Shown piece after piece: positions 19,250 to 30,269 of a stretch of DNA of 59,785 nt. This stretch comes from Candidatus Bathyarchaeota archaeon (GTDB lineage Archaea; Thermoproteota; Bathyarchaeia; Bathyarchaeales; Bathycorpusculaceae): positions 1 through 59,785 of the forward strand of contig CAWGZR010000002.1 in assembly GCA_963827165.1 (NCBI GenBank), given 5' to 3'. The notes beneath the pieces were generated by a model. The model did not search any database and was not told where the DNA came from. It was given only the letters and a program-made list of their open reading frames with translations. Position 1 is the stretch's first letter. Each line of letters begins with the position of its first letter. The position numbers and the translations under genes were made by a program.

Positions 19250-22200
19250 TTTTGGAAGGAACAGAAAAGGCATCGGCACAGTTTTCGGAATGGTATTTTT
19301 CATACTTATAGTCATGATTGTAATTGCAAGCCTTATGGTGATTCTAAACCAGAATACCGGTCTAGAACAAACCACAATCCAAGCAAAGCAGTTGGATTTG
19401 GATCGCTATACAGAACTTGAAACCGTATCAATCAATAACCCTGAAACAGCCGTATTAAATAACGTAGTCTATGTAAGCTGCTCAGTCTCGGACAATGGCA
19501 CGCTTCCGGTTGAATTGGATCGATTTTGGATTAGAGATGTAAATACAGGGACCGTCAATAATATAGCAGTAACTCCAAGCGTTACCCTGCAACCTGGAGC
19601 CAGCACTTATTATTTCAATTACCTTTCCATTGCTGGTTCATCGTATTCTGACCAGTTTATAATTTGGTTTGTTACAGCAAGAGGAAACAGCATCTCAGAC
19701 TATCCAAATATTAACAAATTTAATGGTATAATGTTAAGTGGATCATTCCCGGGAGTGGCTGACATGAACTCTACTTACCAAACTAACTCTACCCCCATGC
19801 AGTTGTCTCTTGTAACAACTCAACCTAATCAACTGATTTATGTAGTTGTATCTTATGACGATGGCAATACATTGTACACTCCTACCTCATCACCCAGCTT
19901 GACCTGGGCTTTGAGGGATGCGTCACAAACTACAGCCACCGCTCCATATTCGGGGGATAGTATTTTGAAAACCTTCTATGCTATTGATTCTTCAGTCGGT
20001 CTAGTAACGATCAGCATCCACTCAACTGCCGATGAATTAAGCGATTATTATTGTTCAGCACTAGCATTCGCAATTAGCAATGTAAACACTACTTCTCCAT
20101 TTGATGGTCCACCACTAGGTCAAGGGCCACAAACCTCCATAGGTGAATCTACTACGGTGCAAGATACAATCACTACTCATTACGCAAATGATATGATAAT
20201 AGGTGCCCTGGGAATCGACAATCTTAACCCTTCAATAACGCCGGGCGCAGGTTTCGCTCAAATTATGCCGGTGCAGAGTTCATACGGTGCCTCGGGAGAA
20301 GATAACGCTATGCCTAGATCCGTGTGGAGCGAATGGGCAATAATGAAGACACCTGTGAAAAACTTATCAGTAAATTGCTCTTTTACGTCATCGGAAAATT
20401 GGGCTGTAATTCTTGATGCTGTGAGATTGGTTGTGGTAGCTCCCCCCTCTCCAGTGGTTCTTTCCCCTACTATTGGTACAACTGGCCAGGTAGTTACTGT
20501 TTCAGGAACAGGTTTTGCGGCCAACTCTCAGCTTCAAGCTCTGTTTGATGCCACACCAATTCCTTTCAGCTTCACCACCGACGCCTCAGGCAATATCCCA
20601 TCTGGCGCCACCTTTACTGTCCCGCAAGGTGTGACACCTGGTTCTCACTTAGTCACCATCTACGACGGCAAGTACAATTATGGAAATGCCACTTTCACAG
20701 TCGTACCTTCAATCACAATAGTCAGCCCAGTGAGCGCAGCGGGCGTCGCTGGTTCAACTGTGACCATCTCAGGTTCCGCCTTTGCAGCTAATTCAACTTT
20801 GACTGCAACATTTGGCGGCGCCCCCGTAACAATAAGCGGGGTTAGCAGCACTAATTCCACCGGCCAATTTGTAAATGCGACCTTCACCGTTCCTTCACAG
20901 ACAGGCGGCAGTCAAAACCATAACATTTTCCGATTCCGCAATTCCAGCCCAAAACACTGCATCCATCACTTTTACCCTTAATCCAACAATCTCCATAAGC
21001 TCATCGACTGGCACTGTAGGATCAACAATCACAGTGTCGGGATCCAACTTTGCTGCCAGCTCAAAAATAACTGTGAAGTACGACGGGACAACATTGACGA
21101 CGAGTCCTGCAACAATAACAACTTCCGGTTCAGGTGCCATCCCTTCAGGCGTAACATTTACTATTCCTGCTTCAACAGCGGGCAATCATGCAATTACAGT
21201 TACAGATGCAAGCTCGAACGTTGGCTCTGCCTTTTACACCGTGACTCCAACAATTACCCTGAACCCAACAAGTGGCAACGTTGGCACATCAATTCTTGTT
21301 TCAGGAACAGGATTTGCAGGCTCATCAACAATTACAATAACCTATGATGGAGCTGTACAAATTTATTCAACTTCTAACAGCGTCGGCTCATTTAGTGCGT
21401 CATTTGCTGCTCCAGCTTCAAGTTCAGGTGTTCACACCATACAGACAACGGATGGAACCAACACTGGCGCTGCCACTTTTACCATAACGTCGCTCATCGT
21501 TTTGAATCCATCTTCAGGCATAGTTAGCTCGACCGTATCCGTTTCAGGTTCAGGCTTCACTGCTAATGCTCAAGTAACCATGACCTTCGGTGGTTCAGCG
21601 ATTGCTACAACACCCACGCCAGTTACAACGGGAAGCACCGGCTCTTTCAGTGCATCCTTTATTGTTCCCGCAGGTTCTATAACGGGTTCTATAGCAGGGG
21701 CAAAAACAATTCAGGCAAATGACGGCACAAACACGGCTTCTGCCGTATTCACTGTAATTCCAGCAGTCACCGTTAACCCAACAAGCGAAAACGTCGGCTC
21801 AACAATCACCGTTTCGGGAACAGGTTACGCCTCCTTAAGCCAAATGACAATTAAGTATGATGGGACAACTCAAACAACTTTGCCCGGAACAGTCACTTCA
21901 ACCAACTACGGCGCATTCAGTTGCACCTTCTTAGCGCCAGCTTCAGTCGCTGGGCTTCATACGGTATCCGCAACCGACGCCAGTACAAACACCGCGGCCG
22001 TCACATGCACTATTGTACCATCAATCACTCTTAACCCAACTTCTGGAGGTTACGGTTCAACTGATTACTATTTCGGGAGGCGGATTCGCTGCTTCCAAAA
22101 TCTATCACTGCCACCTTCAACGGATGCTCCTGTCACTCTAAGCGGCACAACAACTACAGGCGCCACCGGATCATTCACTGGCGCAACCTTCACTGTTCCA

Positions 22201-23958
22201 ATCTCAACAATAGGCGCACAGACCATTGTCGTCACTGACGCAAACTCGAACTCCGCATCCACCATCTTCACCGCAACTCCCGCAATTATCCTTCCTGCTC
22301 TCGGCGAATCAGGCACATCTATCTCTGTTACAGGCTATGCATTTGCGCCCAACTCAGCCTTAAAAGCAACCTTCAATGGATCTCCCCTTACCCTTACCGG
22401 CACAACAACCACGAGCGCCACAGGCTCTTTCAGTGGCTCAACCTTCATTGTTCCAACCATCTCGACGGGCCCAGAAACAGTTGTATTCTCCGACTCTGCA
22501 ACCCCAACTCCAAACACAGCCCAAGCCACCTTCACGGTTACAGTAGCGATAACAATAACCTCAAGTCAAGCTGGCGCAGGCTATATCCAAGTTGACGGCG
22601 TCGCTGTTACAACCCCCATCATCTTCCACTGGCTAACGGGCAACTCACATACAATATCAGCCCAATCTCCAGTGTCAGGCGGGACAGGCAAACAATATGT
22701 CTACACGAGCTGGAGCGATACTGGAGCACAAAGCCACACCTATGCAGTACCAAGCTCATCTGCAACTGTTACAGCTAGCTACAAAACACAATATCTACAA
22801 ACATTTGCTGGTTCTGGTCTTGCTGGTGATGCTACTGGGAACTTGGTTACTTTCACGGTTAGTGGTGGTTCGTATTCTGGTGCTACTAGTCCAATTGGCA
22901 TTTCTGGCGGTTCGATTTGGGTTGATAATGGTGCAACTGTCACCTATGCCTTTGTTAATCCTGTTACGAGCAGTGTAACTGGAAAGCAGTATCGGCTTAA
23001 CAGTGTTACCGGTTCAGCTTCCCCAATTACGGTTTCAGGTGCTAACACGTTAACAGGCAACTATGTGGTTCAATGGCAGGTAACATTTGCTTCTTCCGGA
23101 AGTGGAACAACAAATCCCTCGGGAACTAATGTTTGGGAAAATACAGGATCACTCTCGATATCTGCAACCCCAGGCACAAACTATCATTTCTCCTCTTGGA
23201 GCGCTACAACAGGAATAACAATTACGAGCTCAACATCTGCTTCGACAACAGCTACCATAGGCGCTTCTGGCACAATCACCGCAAACTTTGGGTTGAATCC
23301 TGCAATAGATGGTTCAGGAACAGGATCCGCCACTAGCGGAACCACATTCACAATATCTGCTTTCAGTACTTCAAATACTAACGATTTGATATATGTCTCA
23401 GTGACAAGTTACAACAGATATGTTAGCAGCATTTCAGGAACCGGCGGCCTAACCTTTGCATGTAGACAAAGTGCTGGCAATACTCTTACCTGGTCATATT
23501 CAAGCAACAATTACTACATTAGTACCTGGTACGTAGTCAAGCCTTCAACAGGATCAATAACAATAACTGTTACAATGTCCGGCTCTATAACCAGTGCAGC
23601 AGCAGTGGCATATGGTATCAGCAACGTTAACACGGTCTCTCCTTTCGACGGTGCCTACGCCACCGGTACTGGTACTGGAACATCAGCAACTGCTGCCAAA
23701 ACTACCTCTAATCCAAATGACATGATCATCGGCGCAGCAGGCGTTTCTAGTGGCACAAGTTCGTCCCCTGCACTCACTGTAGGCTCAGGTTTTACATCCG
23801 TTAACACGGCAACGCAGAACTCAGGAAGCTACCGCGTTGAGACCTCGGCTGAGTACCAGATATTGACTGCACCGCAAACCAACTTTGCGGTAGGCTACAC
23901 ATGGAGCGGTTCATATGGTTGGACAATGGTCGCCGACGCGATACAACCAGCCTCATAG
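19233..23958 (+). CDS. Giant (~1570 aa) pilin-signal adhesin with tandem IPT/TIG-like repeats; frameshift near 20915 and compensating pair near 22070-22110
   Basis: NRKG/IGTVFGMVFFILIV signal; repeated P.SG.VGS.ITVSG.GF...F.VP units; ORFs 19233..20981 and 20875..23958 join within one repeat. Confidence 0.85.
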
Positions 23959-23972
23959 TCGCGAGTTTGTAG

Positions 23973-23989
23973 CTTACACGGTTTATATG
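23973..23989 (+). promoter_or_regulatory. ATPase operon promoter (CTTACACGGTTTATATG)
   Basis: About 35 nt upstream of TTG 24024; same CRCRG-T-WTATA element. Confidence 0.65.
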
Positions 23990-24023
23990 GACTCTTAAGG
24001 AATGAAATCTTGGAGACGCTAAT

Positions 24024-25643
24024 TTGAAGCTTTGGAAACCAAAGGGTAAGCAGGAGCAGCAGCAAAAAACAGTGGATAGTTCCTCAGTTATAGATGAGGA
24101 TATCCCTGGCCCAACCGTAGAGGCTTCAACAGAAACTTCTGGGGTATCAGACGTCTCAGAATCATATAAGGAACATTATCCTCTCTTAATTCCATTCTCT
24201 TATGCGGCTATAGTTGAAAGCGCGAGAAACGATGTAAAATACTCGGTTTTGGAACCAACATTAACTGAATCAGACAAGCAGTCTTTGGCTGAGCTGAAAA
24301 ACATTCTTTGGGACGAGCTTACCGTTAATATAAAGAATCTAAAGGATCCTCAGGCAGCAGAAGATTTCTTAAAGTTTAAAGTTTTAGAAACAGCTGTGAA
24401 ATATCACATCAGCTTGGACAGCAAAACATTAGGCAAATATCAGTATTTTGTTGTCAGAGATTTTTTGGGCTACGGAAAAATTGATGGCATAATGCGAGAT
24501 GAGAACATTGAAGACGTCTCATGCGATGGCATTAATTCTCCAGTATTCGTTTGGCATCGCAAATACGAATCAATACCGTCAAACATAGTTTTTGAAACGT
24601 CACAAGAACTGGAAAACTTTGTTTTCAAACTCGCCTATCTATGTGGCAGGCACATTTCCATTGCGCAGCCAATCCTTGATGGAACGTTAAATAATGGTAG
24701 TCGAGCCCAAGTAACTTACGGAACAGAAGTCACCCCTAAGGGCAGCACCTTTACAATAAGGAAATTCAAAAAGAGCCCACTCACCATCACAGACCTAATA
24801 ATTTACAAGGCACTATCAACAGAAATTGCAGCTTATTACTGGTTCATAATAGAAAACAGGCACTCAGTTATGATTGGCGGAGACATTGGTGGAGGAAAAA
24901 CCTCGATGCTAAACGCCATCAGTCTATTCATTAGACCAACACTAAAGATAGTCAGTATAGAGGACACACAGGAAATACGTCTACCTCACCAAAACTGGGA
25001 AATGATGGTAACCAGGCAAGGCTTAGGCACCGGCGCAGGGGCAGTTGGAGAAGCTGGAATCGGCAGTATAAGCATGTTTGACCTACTTCGAGCAGCACTT
25101 AGGCAAAGACCTGACTTTATCATAGTGGGTGAAATTCGAGGTGAAGAAGCTTACGCATTATTCCAAGCCATGGCGACGGGACACTTAGGCTTAACCACCA
25201 TACACGCTGAGCATGTCCAAGGAGTCTTGCACCGACTAACAACTAAACCCATGAACATTCCGCACACTCAAGTCGAAAACTTGAATGCAATTTCAATCGT
25301 TCGAAGACTTGTCGTAAACAACGTTTCTTTAAGACGAACCATAAGCGTTTCAGAAATGGTCGGTTGGAATAAAGAAAAACAGGATTTTGAAATTCAAGAT
25401 ATATTCAAGTGGGATGCCGAAAAAGACATTTACGTAAAAGTTGGCAGGAGCCCACTTTTAGATAAAATAGCTGCCCAATGGGGGTATTCACCGGATGAAA
25501 TTGATGAGGAGCTAAAGATTAGACAAACTATCCTCGACTACATGATTAGAAAGCATGTGCGATCATACGAAGACGTTTCCAAATTGGTTCTAGATTACTT
25601 CTCAAACCCCGAACAGGTATACAGGAAAGCAAAAGTGAGCTAA
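24024..25643 (+). CDS. Type IV pilus/type II-IV secretion assembly ATPase (FlaI/TadA-like)
   Basis: IEDVSCDG, FTIRKF, Walker A GDIGGGKTS, SIEDT, LRQRPD, Walker B IIVGEIRG and TGH motifs. Confidence 0.95.
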   Translation: MKLWKPKGKQEQQQKTVDSSSVIDEDIPGPTVEASTETSGVSDVSESYKEHYPLLIPFSYAAIVESARNDVKYSVLEPTLTESDKQSLAELKNILWDELTVNIKNLKDPQAAEDFLKFKVLETAVKYHISLDSKTLGKYQYFVVRDFLGYGKIDGIMRDENIEDVSCDGINSPVFVWHRKYESIPSNIVFETSQELENFVFKLAYLCGRHISIAQPILDGTLNNGSRAQVTYGTEVTPKGSTFTIRKFKKSPLTITDLIIYKALSTEIAAYYWFIIENRHSVMIGGDIGGGKTSMLNAISLFIRPTLKIVSIEDTQEIRLPHQNWEMMVTRQGLGTGAGAVGEAGIGSISMFDLLRAALRQRPDFIIVGEIRGEEAYALFQAMATGHLGLTTIHAEHVQGVLHRLTTKPMNIPHTQVENLNAISIVRRLVVNNVSLRRTISVSEMVGWNKEKQDFEIQDIFKWDAEKDIYVKVGRSPLLDKIAAQWGYSPDEIDEELKIRQTILDYMIRKHVRSYEDVSKLVLDYFSNPEQVYRKAKVS

Positions 25644-25648
25644 ATAAA

Positions 25649-26530
25649 ATGAAGTTCGAACCTTGGACCTTAGCTTACCAGAAATTTGGGAAAAGATTGG
25701 AAAGGATTTATCCTCAATTTCAGGAGCTACATATTCAGCTTAAGAAGGGCGGCGTGCTAATTGCATTTAAGGCATATGTTGCCTTTATGGTGCTGCTTTC
25801 GATAGTTGCGTTTGTTGTAGCGCTTGGGGCATCCTTTGTGATTTTGCCTCTTTTGTTGAGGATCCCGTACCTATCTGGAATGAATTTTGTATTTAGTTTG
25901 TCAGCTGCATCTGTTGTGGCTTTGGTGACATTAATGGTTATGTATCTTTATCCAGGTATGAAAGCCAGTAACAGAAATGGGCCGATTGACAGAAATTTAC
26001 CGTACATAGCGAACTTTCTTACTCTCCTCTCAAGTTCAAATGTTCCACCAAGTGTCATTTTTGAATCGGTAGCAAAGATTGATACCCTAAAAGAGGCACG
26101 CTTAGAATTCAGCAACATCATTAGAGATATCCAAATCTTTGGTCAGGATTTGCTCACTTCAATTCTAGATAATGCCAAACTAACACCAAATGATCCCCTT
26201 CGAGAGCTGCTTATCGGTTACGTGGCTACGGTAAAAACTGGCGGAAATCCAACTGAATACCTCAAAGTTACATCTGGTCAAATAACTCAAGAAAGAATGA
26301 CTAAATTAGATTCAATGTTAGAATCGCTCTCTGCGATGGCAGAAATATACATCATGCTACTAGTCGCTGCTCCCCTGCTTTTCTCAGTTCTCTTCGTAAC
26401 GCTAGGCATGATAGGTAGCGGCGCAGTATTCGGCATGAGCATGGGAACCCTTCTTTATCTGATGGTTTACCTTGGAATCCCAATACTTGGCGGAACACTA
26501 ATTGTGATAATGTCCTCATTGGAGAAGTGA
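25649..26530 (+). CDS. Pilus platform membrane protein (TadC/FlaJ, T2SSF)
   Basis: IDRNLPY, FGQDLL and TGG motifs; TM helices; follows the ATPase. Confidence 0.9.
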   Translation: MKFEPWTLAYQKFGKRLERIYPQFQELHIQLKKGGVLIAFKAYVAFMVLLSIVAFVVALGASFVILPLLLRIPYLSGMNFVFSLSAASVVALVTLMVMYLYPGMKASNRNGPIDRNLPYIANFLTLLSSSNVPPSVIFESVAKIDTLKEARLEFSNIIRDIQIFGQDLLTSILDNAKLTPNDPLRELLIGYVATVKTGGNPTEYLKVTSGQITQERMTKLDSMLESLSAMAEIYIMLLVAAPLLFSVLFVTLGMIGSGAVFGMSMGTLLYLMVYLGIPILGGTLIVIMSSLEK

Positions 26531-27360
26531 CCACAATGAAGATGACCAACAAAACAATAAAACGGATGCAAATAATCTCAGCTATATCAGCAGTCATTTT
26601 CTTTGTGGTAGCCCTAGTATTCTATCTCACATCGCCAACTTTAGATTACATGATGGTCATTGCGATTTCGATTGGCGTAGTTCCTCCCAGCATAGGACAA
26701 GTAATACACAACAAATGGCGACTAAAAATTGAAAAAGCAATGCCTGAATTCTTAAGAGACCTAGCAACCGCCCAACGAACAGGTATACCCTTACAAATAG
26801 CCTTAGAACACGCTTCAAAACGAATGTATGGGCCATTAACTGACGAGCTCAAAATCCTTGTCGCACACATGAGTTGGGGCATGAACTTTAACGAAGCTCT
26901 AACAGAATTCGCTAATCGCTTGGAGTTACCTTTAGTCTCAAAAGCAACAGTTCTAATTAACGAAGCCGGAAAACATGGCGGGGACTTATGCGATATTTTC
27001 AACTCCACGGCAAAATACCTAGAGAACATGAATTCATGGAGTGAAAAAAGAAGAGTACAAACATTTCCTTACATAGCTATATTCTACTTTTCCGTTTTCA
27101 TGTTCTTGTTCATCATTATTGTAATTTCAAATATGATGTTTGCTCCTTTAGCTCACACAACCACAGGCACATCTTTCATAAAACCAATCTTAACCCAAGC
27201 CCAATCACGAAGATTATTCCTCCATGCTTCACTACTTGAAGCTTTGTTTGGTGGTCTCATAGCCGGAAAAATAAATGAAGACTCTTTTCTAGACGGGCTA
27301 AAACATGTGGCGATACTGGCAATTGCTACTGGAATAGCATTTTATCTATTCCTGCCTTAA
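26527..27360 (+). CDS. Second pilus platform membrane protein (TadC/FlaJ, T2SSF)
   Basis: IEKAMPEFLRDL, YGPLTDEL, SWG, GLIAGKI and GLKH motifs. Confidence 0.9.
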   Translation: MTTMKMTNKTIKRMQIISAISAVIFFVVALVFYLTSPTLDYMMVIAISIGVVPPSIGQVIHNKWRLKIEKAMPEFLRDLATAQRTGIPLQIALEHASKRMYGPLTDELKILVAHMSWGMNFNEALTEFANRLELPLVSKATVLINEAGKHGGDLCDIFNSTAKYLENMNSWSEKRRVQTFPYIAIFYFSVFMFLFIIIVISNMMFAPLAHTTTGTSFIKPILTQAQSRRLFLHASLLEALFGGLIAGKINEDSFLDGLKHVAILAIATGIAFYLFLP

Positions 27361-27416
27361 CAAATATTATTTAGTTTACATCGGATAAAGTCAGCAAAAA
27401 CTGAGGAAGCGCGTAT

Positions 27417-28628
27417 ATGAAAAAAAACCTGCTCGGCGATACCAAAATGGAAAGTGATAACGAACAAGCAGCGGTGAGCAAAATGTCGACAGAAAAGCCA
27501 GAAGCAGTTTTGACCTTAGGTTTAGATGACAAGATAGAACTTGAAAGAAAGGAAGCATACATTGAACCCAAAACACGCCAACTCCTAAGAGAACTAATTC
27601 AATGCGAAGAGAAATATCAAATAATCCCAAAATATAATCCAGGAGTAGGTTTCGTTTATCAAATAACGGAACAAAAAACAAATGCTCCTGAAACCCTCAA
27701 TATTTCAGAAGACTTCCTGGAGAATCTTGCAAGGCTAGATATACTTCACAAAGAGTTTTATGACTCGGTATCAGTTTGTCCAACTTGTCATTCGCCGATA
27801 ATAACGCTTCATAATCGGTGTCCCAAATGCAAAAGTCACAATATTGATAAAACAAGCCTAACCGAACATATCCTGTGCGGCTTCATTGATCAAAGAAACA
27901 ACTATGTTAACAACCGTTGCCCAAAATGCGGAGAGCGCTTGGTAGAAGGGCAATTTAGGAATATGGGCCGCTGGTTCGTTTGTAGAGATTGCAGTGAAAG
28001 GTTCGAGGATCCTGAATACGATGTAACCTGCCGAAGCTGCGGTAAAGGTTTCTTAATTAAGGAATCGCAACTAACAGAAATACCAAAGTTTTCTTTAAAC
28101 CTGAACAGGAAAAAAGAGATAAGACAGAACGTCGCCAGTTTGGAAAGCTTTAGAGAACTCTTGGCAGATTTGGGCTTTAGCGTTGAAATTCCGGGGTTGG
28201 CGATGGGTCAAAAGAGTGGAATGCAACACCAATTCAGCCTCATTGCTAAAAAACAAGTCAATGGCCAAGAAATAAATGTAGCTCTTGATCTCGCAGTTAG
28301 CGAACCAGAAGTTTCTTCTTCGCCGCTCATTCTCTATATCTACAAAACATCAGAAGTGAAAGTTGATATCCCGATTTTCGTCGCAATGCCTGTTCTAAAC
28401 GAAACAGCAAAGAAGATTGCTCAGGGTCATGAGATTCTACTCATAGAAGGATCACCTGACGAAAAAGAAGTAATAGAGAATATAAAATCTGAAATTGAAT
28501 CGCGAATCGACGCGAAATTAGTTGAACCAGGGATAAAGGAAAAACCGAAAAACAACGATGGACCGAGAAACTCGTTTATGGGTAAATTCGGGAAAATAGC
28601 TGATTTTGGAAAAAAATCAAAGAACTAG
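27417..28628 (+). CDS. TackOD1-like multi-Zn-ribbon protein with C-terminal restriction-endonuclease-like domain
   Basis: CPTC, CPKC, HILCG, CPKC, CRDC and CRSC motifs; then GQKSGMQHQFSLIA. Confidence 0.7.
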   Translation: MKKNLLGDTKMESDNEQAAVSKMSTEKPEAVLTLGLDDKIELERKEAYIEPKTRQLLRELIQCEEKYQIIPKYNPGVGFVYQITEQKTNAPETLNISEDFLENLARLDILHKEFYDSVSVCPTCHSPIITLHNRCPKCKSHNIDKTSLTEHILCGFIDQRNNYVNNRCPKCGERLVEGQFRNMGRWFVCRDCSERFEDPEYDVTCRSCGKGFLIKESQLTEIPKFSLNLNRKKEIRQNVASLESFRELLADLGFSVEIPGLAMGQKSGMQHQFSLIAKKQVNGQEINVALDLAVSEPEVSSSPLILYIYKTSEVKVDIPIFVAMPVLNETAKKIAQGHEILLIEGSPDEKEVIENIKSEIESRIDAKLVEPGIKEKPKNNDGPRNSFMGKFGKIADFGKKSKN

Positions 28629-28868
28629 ATTCTTTTGACTCTCTAGTTAGTTAATTAAAAATTCATCCGGAGGGCAAAAGATCTCTTAACTAAATTGTGT
28701 TTTTTGTCGCTATTCAAGAGTGCGCTTGATAATATATAGGACTTTTTGACCCACTCTGTTTTCAGATTCTTTTTGTGCAATTGAAAATAAAACGATTTAA
28801 AATGGAAAATCGCAGAAAATCAAGCACGTCAGAAATTTTTGCGGGATCCTGCGTTTATTGAAGTGTTT

Positions 28869-29303
28869 TTAGTGACAGAGAGCTTCGTAATTTTTGCGGG
28901 CTTTTTCAACGAATTCGTCAAACGATGTTTCCATTATGATCCATTCTGAAAGTGATCCCTCACATTCAGTCCATCTCACACTTGCTTGCACTTTCGAATT
29001 GAGATTTTTCATAAATTTGCGTTCAAGACGGCATGCGCCCAAGCCAAAGATTTTGTGAATTATACCAGAGAACTCCCCGATTCTTTTAGGGATATCATTC
29101 TTGTGTATGTTGAAATCTACTTCCAAGCGCTGATAAAGGGCGTTCTTAACCGGTTCACCTAACGAGGTCAATGCTTCATCAATTGATTGAACCAAGAAAA
29201 CATCGAATTGCTCCTGCCTTGAGCTCTCAGAATTCACACTTAGGTTTTCTAAGCTGGAGTAGACTACTTCCAATCCTTGGGTTTCTGTGAGTGGACCTGC
29301 CAT
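28869..29303 (-). CDS. NitrOD5/DUF3227-like signalling output-domain protein
   Basis: IDEALTSLGEPVKNALY...IP.RI..FS..IHKIFGLGA..LE pattern. Confidence 0.65.
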   Translation of the reverse strand: MAGPLTETQGLEVVYSSLENLSVNSESSRQEQFDVFLVQSIDEALTSLGEPVKNALYQRLEVDFNIHKNDIPKRIGEFSGIIHKIFGLGACRLERKFMKNLNSKVQASVRWTECEGSLSEWIIMETSFDEFVEKARKNYEALCH

Positions 29304-29668
29304 CGATTTGCCCTTCTATCACCTTTTAGGCTGCTCTTACAATTATAACCTTGTTAACCACAGATATTGATTTGAAATAACTATGGGTGTCTTATATATA
29401 AATATTTAAGATTCAAATTACCCGGGTGCGTAAGCAAAACAACAATACAGTTTAACGTACAAATAAATTATAACTAACAAAATTACAAAAAATAACTAAT
29501 AAATTGCCAATTATACGCAAATTGTTTGAAAGAGATTTGAACTTGAGCGTGTTTGTCTAGATCATTTAAACAGGTACAATAAAATATTAGAGTTTGCGTT
29601 TGACGTTTAAAATTCGATAACGCGAAAAAATTTAGTTGTGGGTAGAAAATCACCCATTAACGGCATGT

Positions 29669-29992
29669 TTACCCGAATAGGGCGCCTAATCCTTCTAACG
29701 CTGCTTCTTCTTTGGCTTTTTCTTCTTCAGCTTTCTTCTTCTTGTCTTCTGGAGCTGCGGCTGCTGGTTTTGCTTCTGAACCTGCTGGAGCTGCAACTGG
29801 TGCGGCTGCCATCATTGCTGGTGCGGCTTTAAGTGCCTCATCGATGTTTACTTCGCTAAGGGAAGCTACAAGCGCTTTGACTTGTATTGCGTCGACTTCT
29901 ATTCCGGCTGCTTTTAGAACGTTTGTTACTGAATCTTCGTTTATTTCTTTTCCTGCCTTGTGAAGGAGCATCGCTGCGTAAATGTTTTCCAT
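29669..29992 (-). CDS. rpl12p: 50S ribosomal protein L12/P1
   Basis: IYAAMLLH, Ala-rich hinge, C-terminal GLGALFG. Confidence 0.97.
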   Translation of the reverse strand: MENIYAAMLLHKAGKEINEDSVTNVLKAAGIEVDAIQVKALVASLSEVNIDEALKAAPAMMAAAPVAAPAGSEAKPAAAAPEDKKKKAEEEKAKEEAALEGLGALFG

Positions 29993-30269
29993 ACCTTTTC
30001 ACCTCTTCAACGGACTATTTTAACTTTTCACCTGGTCGCACCAGCCTCTTTATGATGCTGGTCGTTACCTTGAATTGGCAGTTGATTCTGCCATCTGATG
30101 CCGTTAGGAAAAAGACCCAATTACTTAAGTACTTTTCGCACATCACTTCACGGTGCCCAAAAGCGGTTTTCATCTGATTACTTTCGAAGAAGAAACGTTG
30201 GATGATAGCATTTTAACTCTAAAACTGGTGAAATGTTATAAACCCCCTTGACAGACATCATTTAAAACC

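Noticed and set aside
16671-27360. Archaellum (motility) operon
   Set aside because: No flaH/flaF homologues, two separate TadC-type genes, and pilin-type rather than archaellin-type N-termini.
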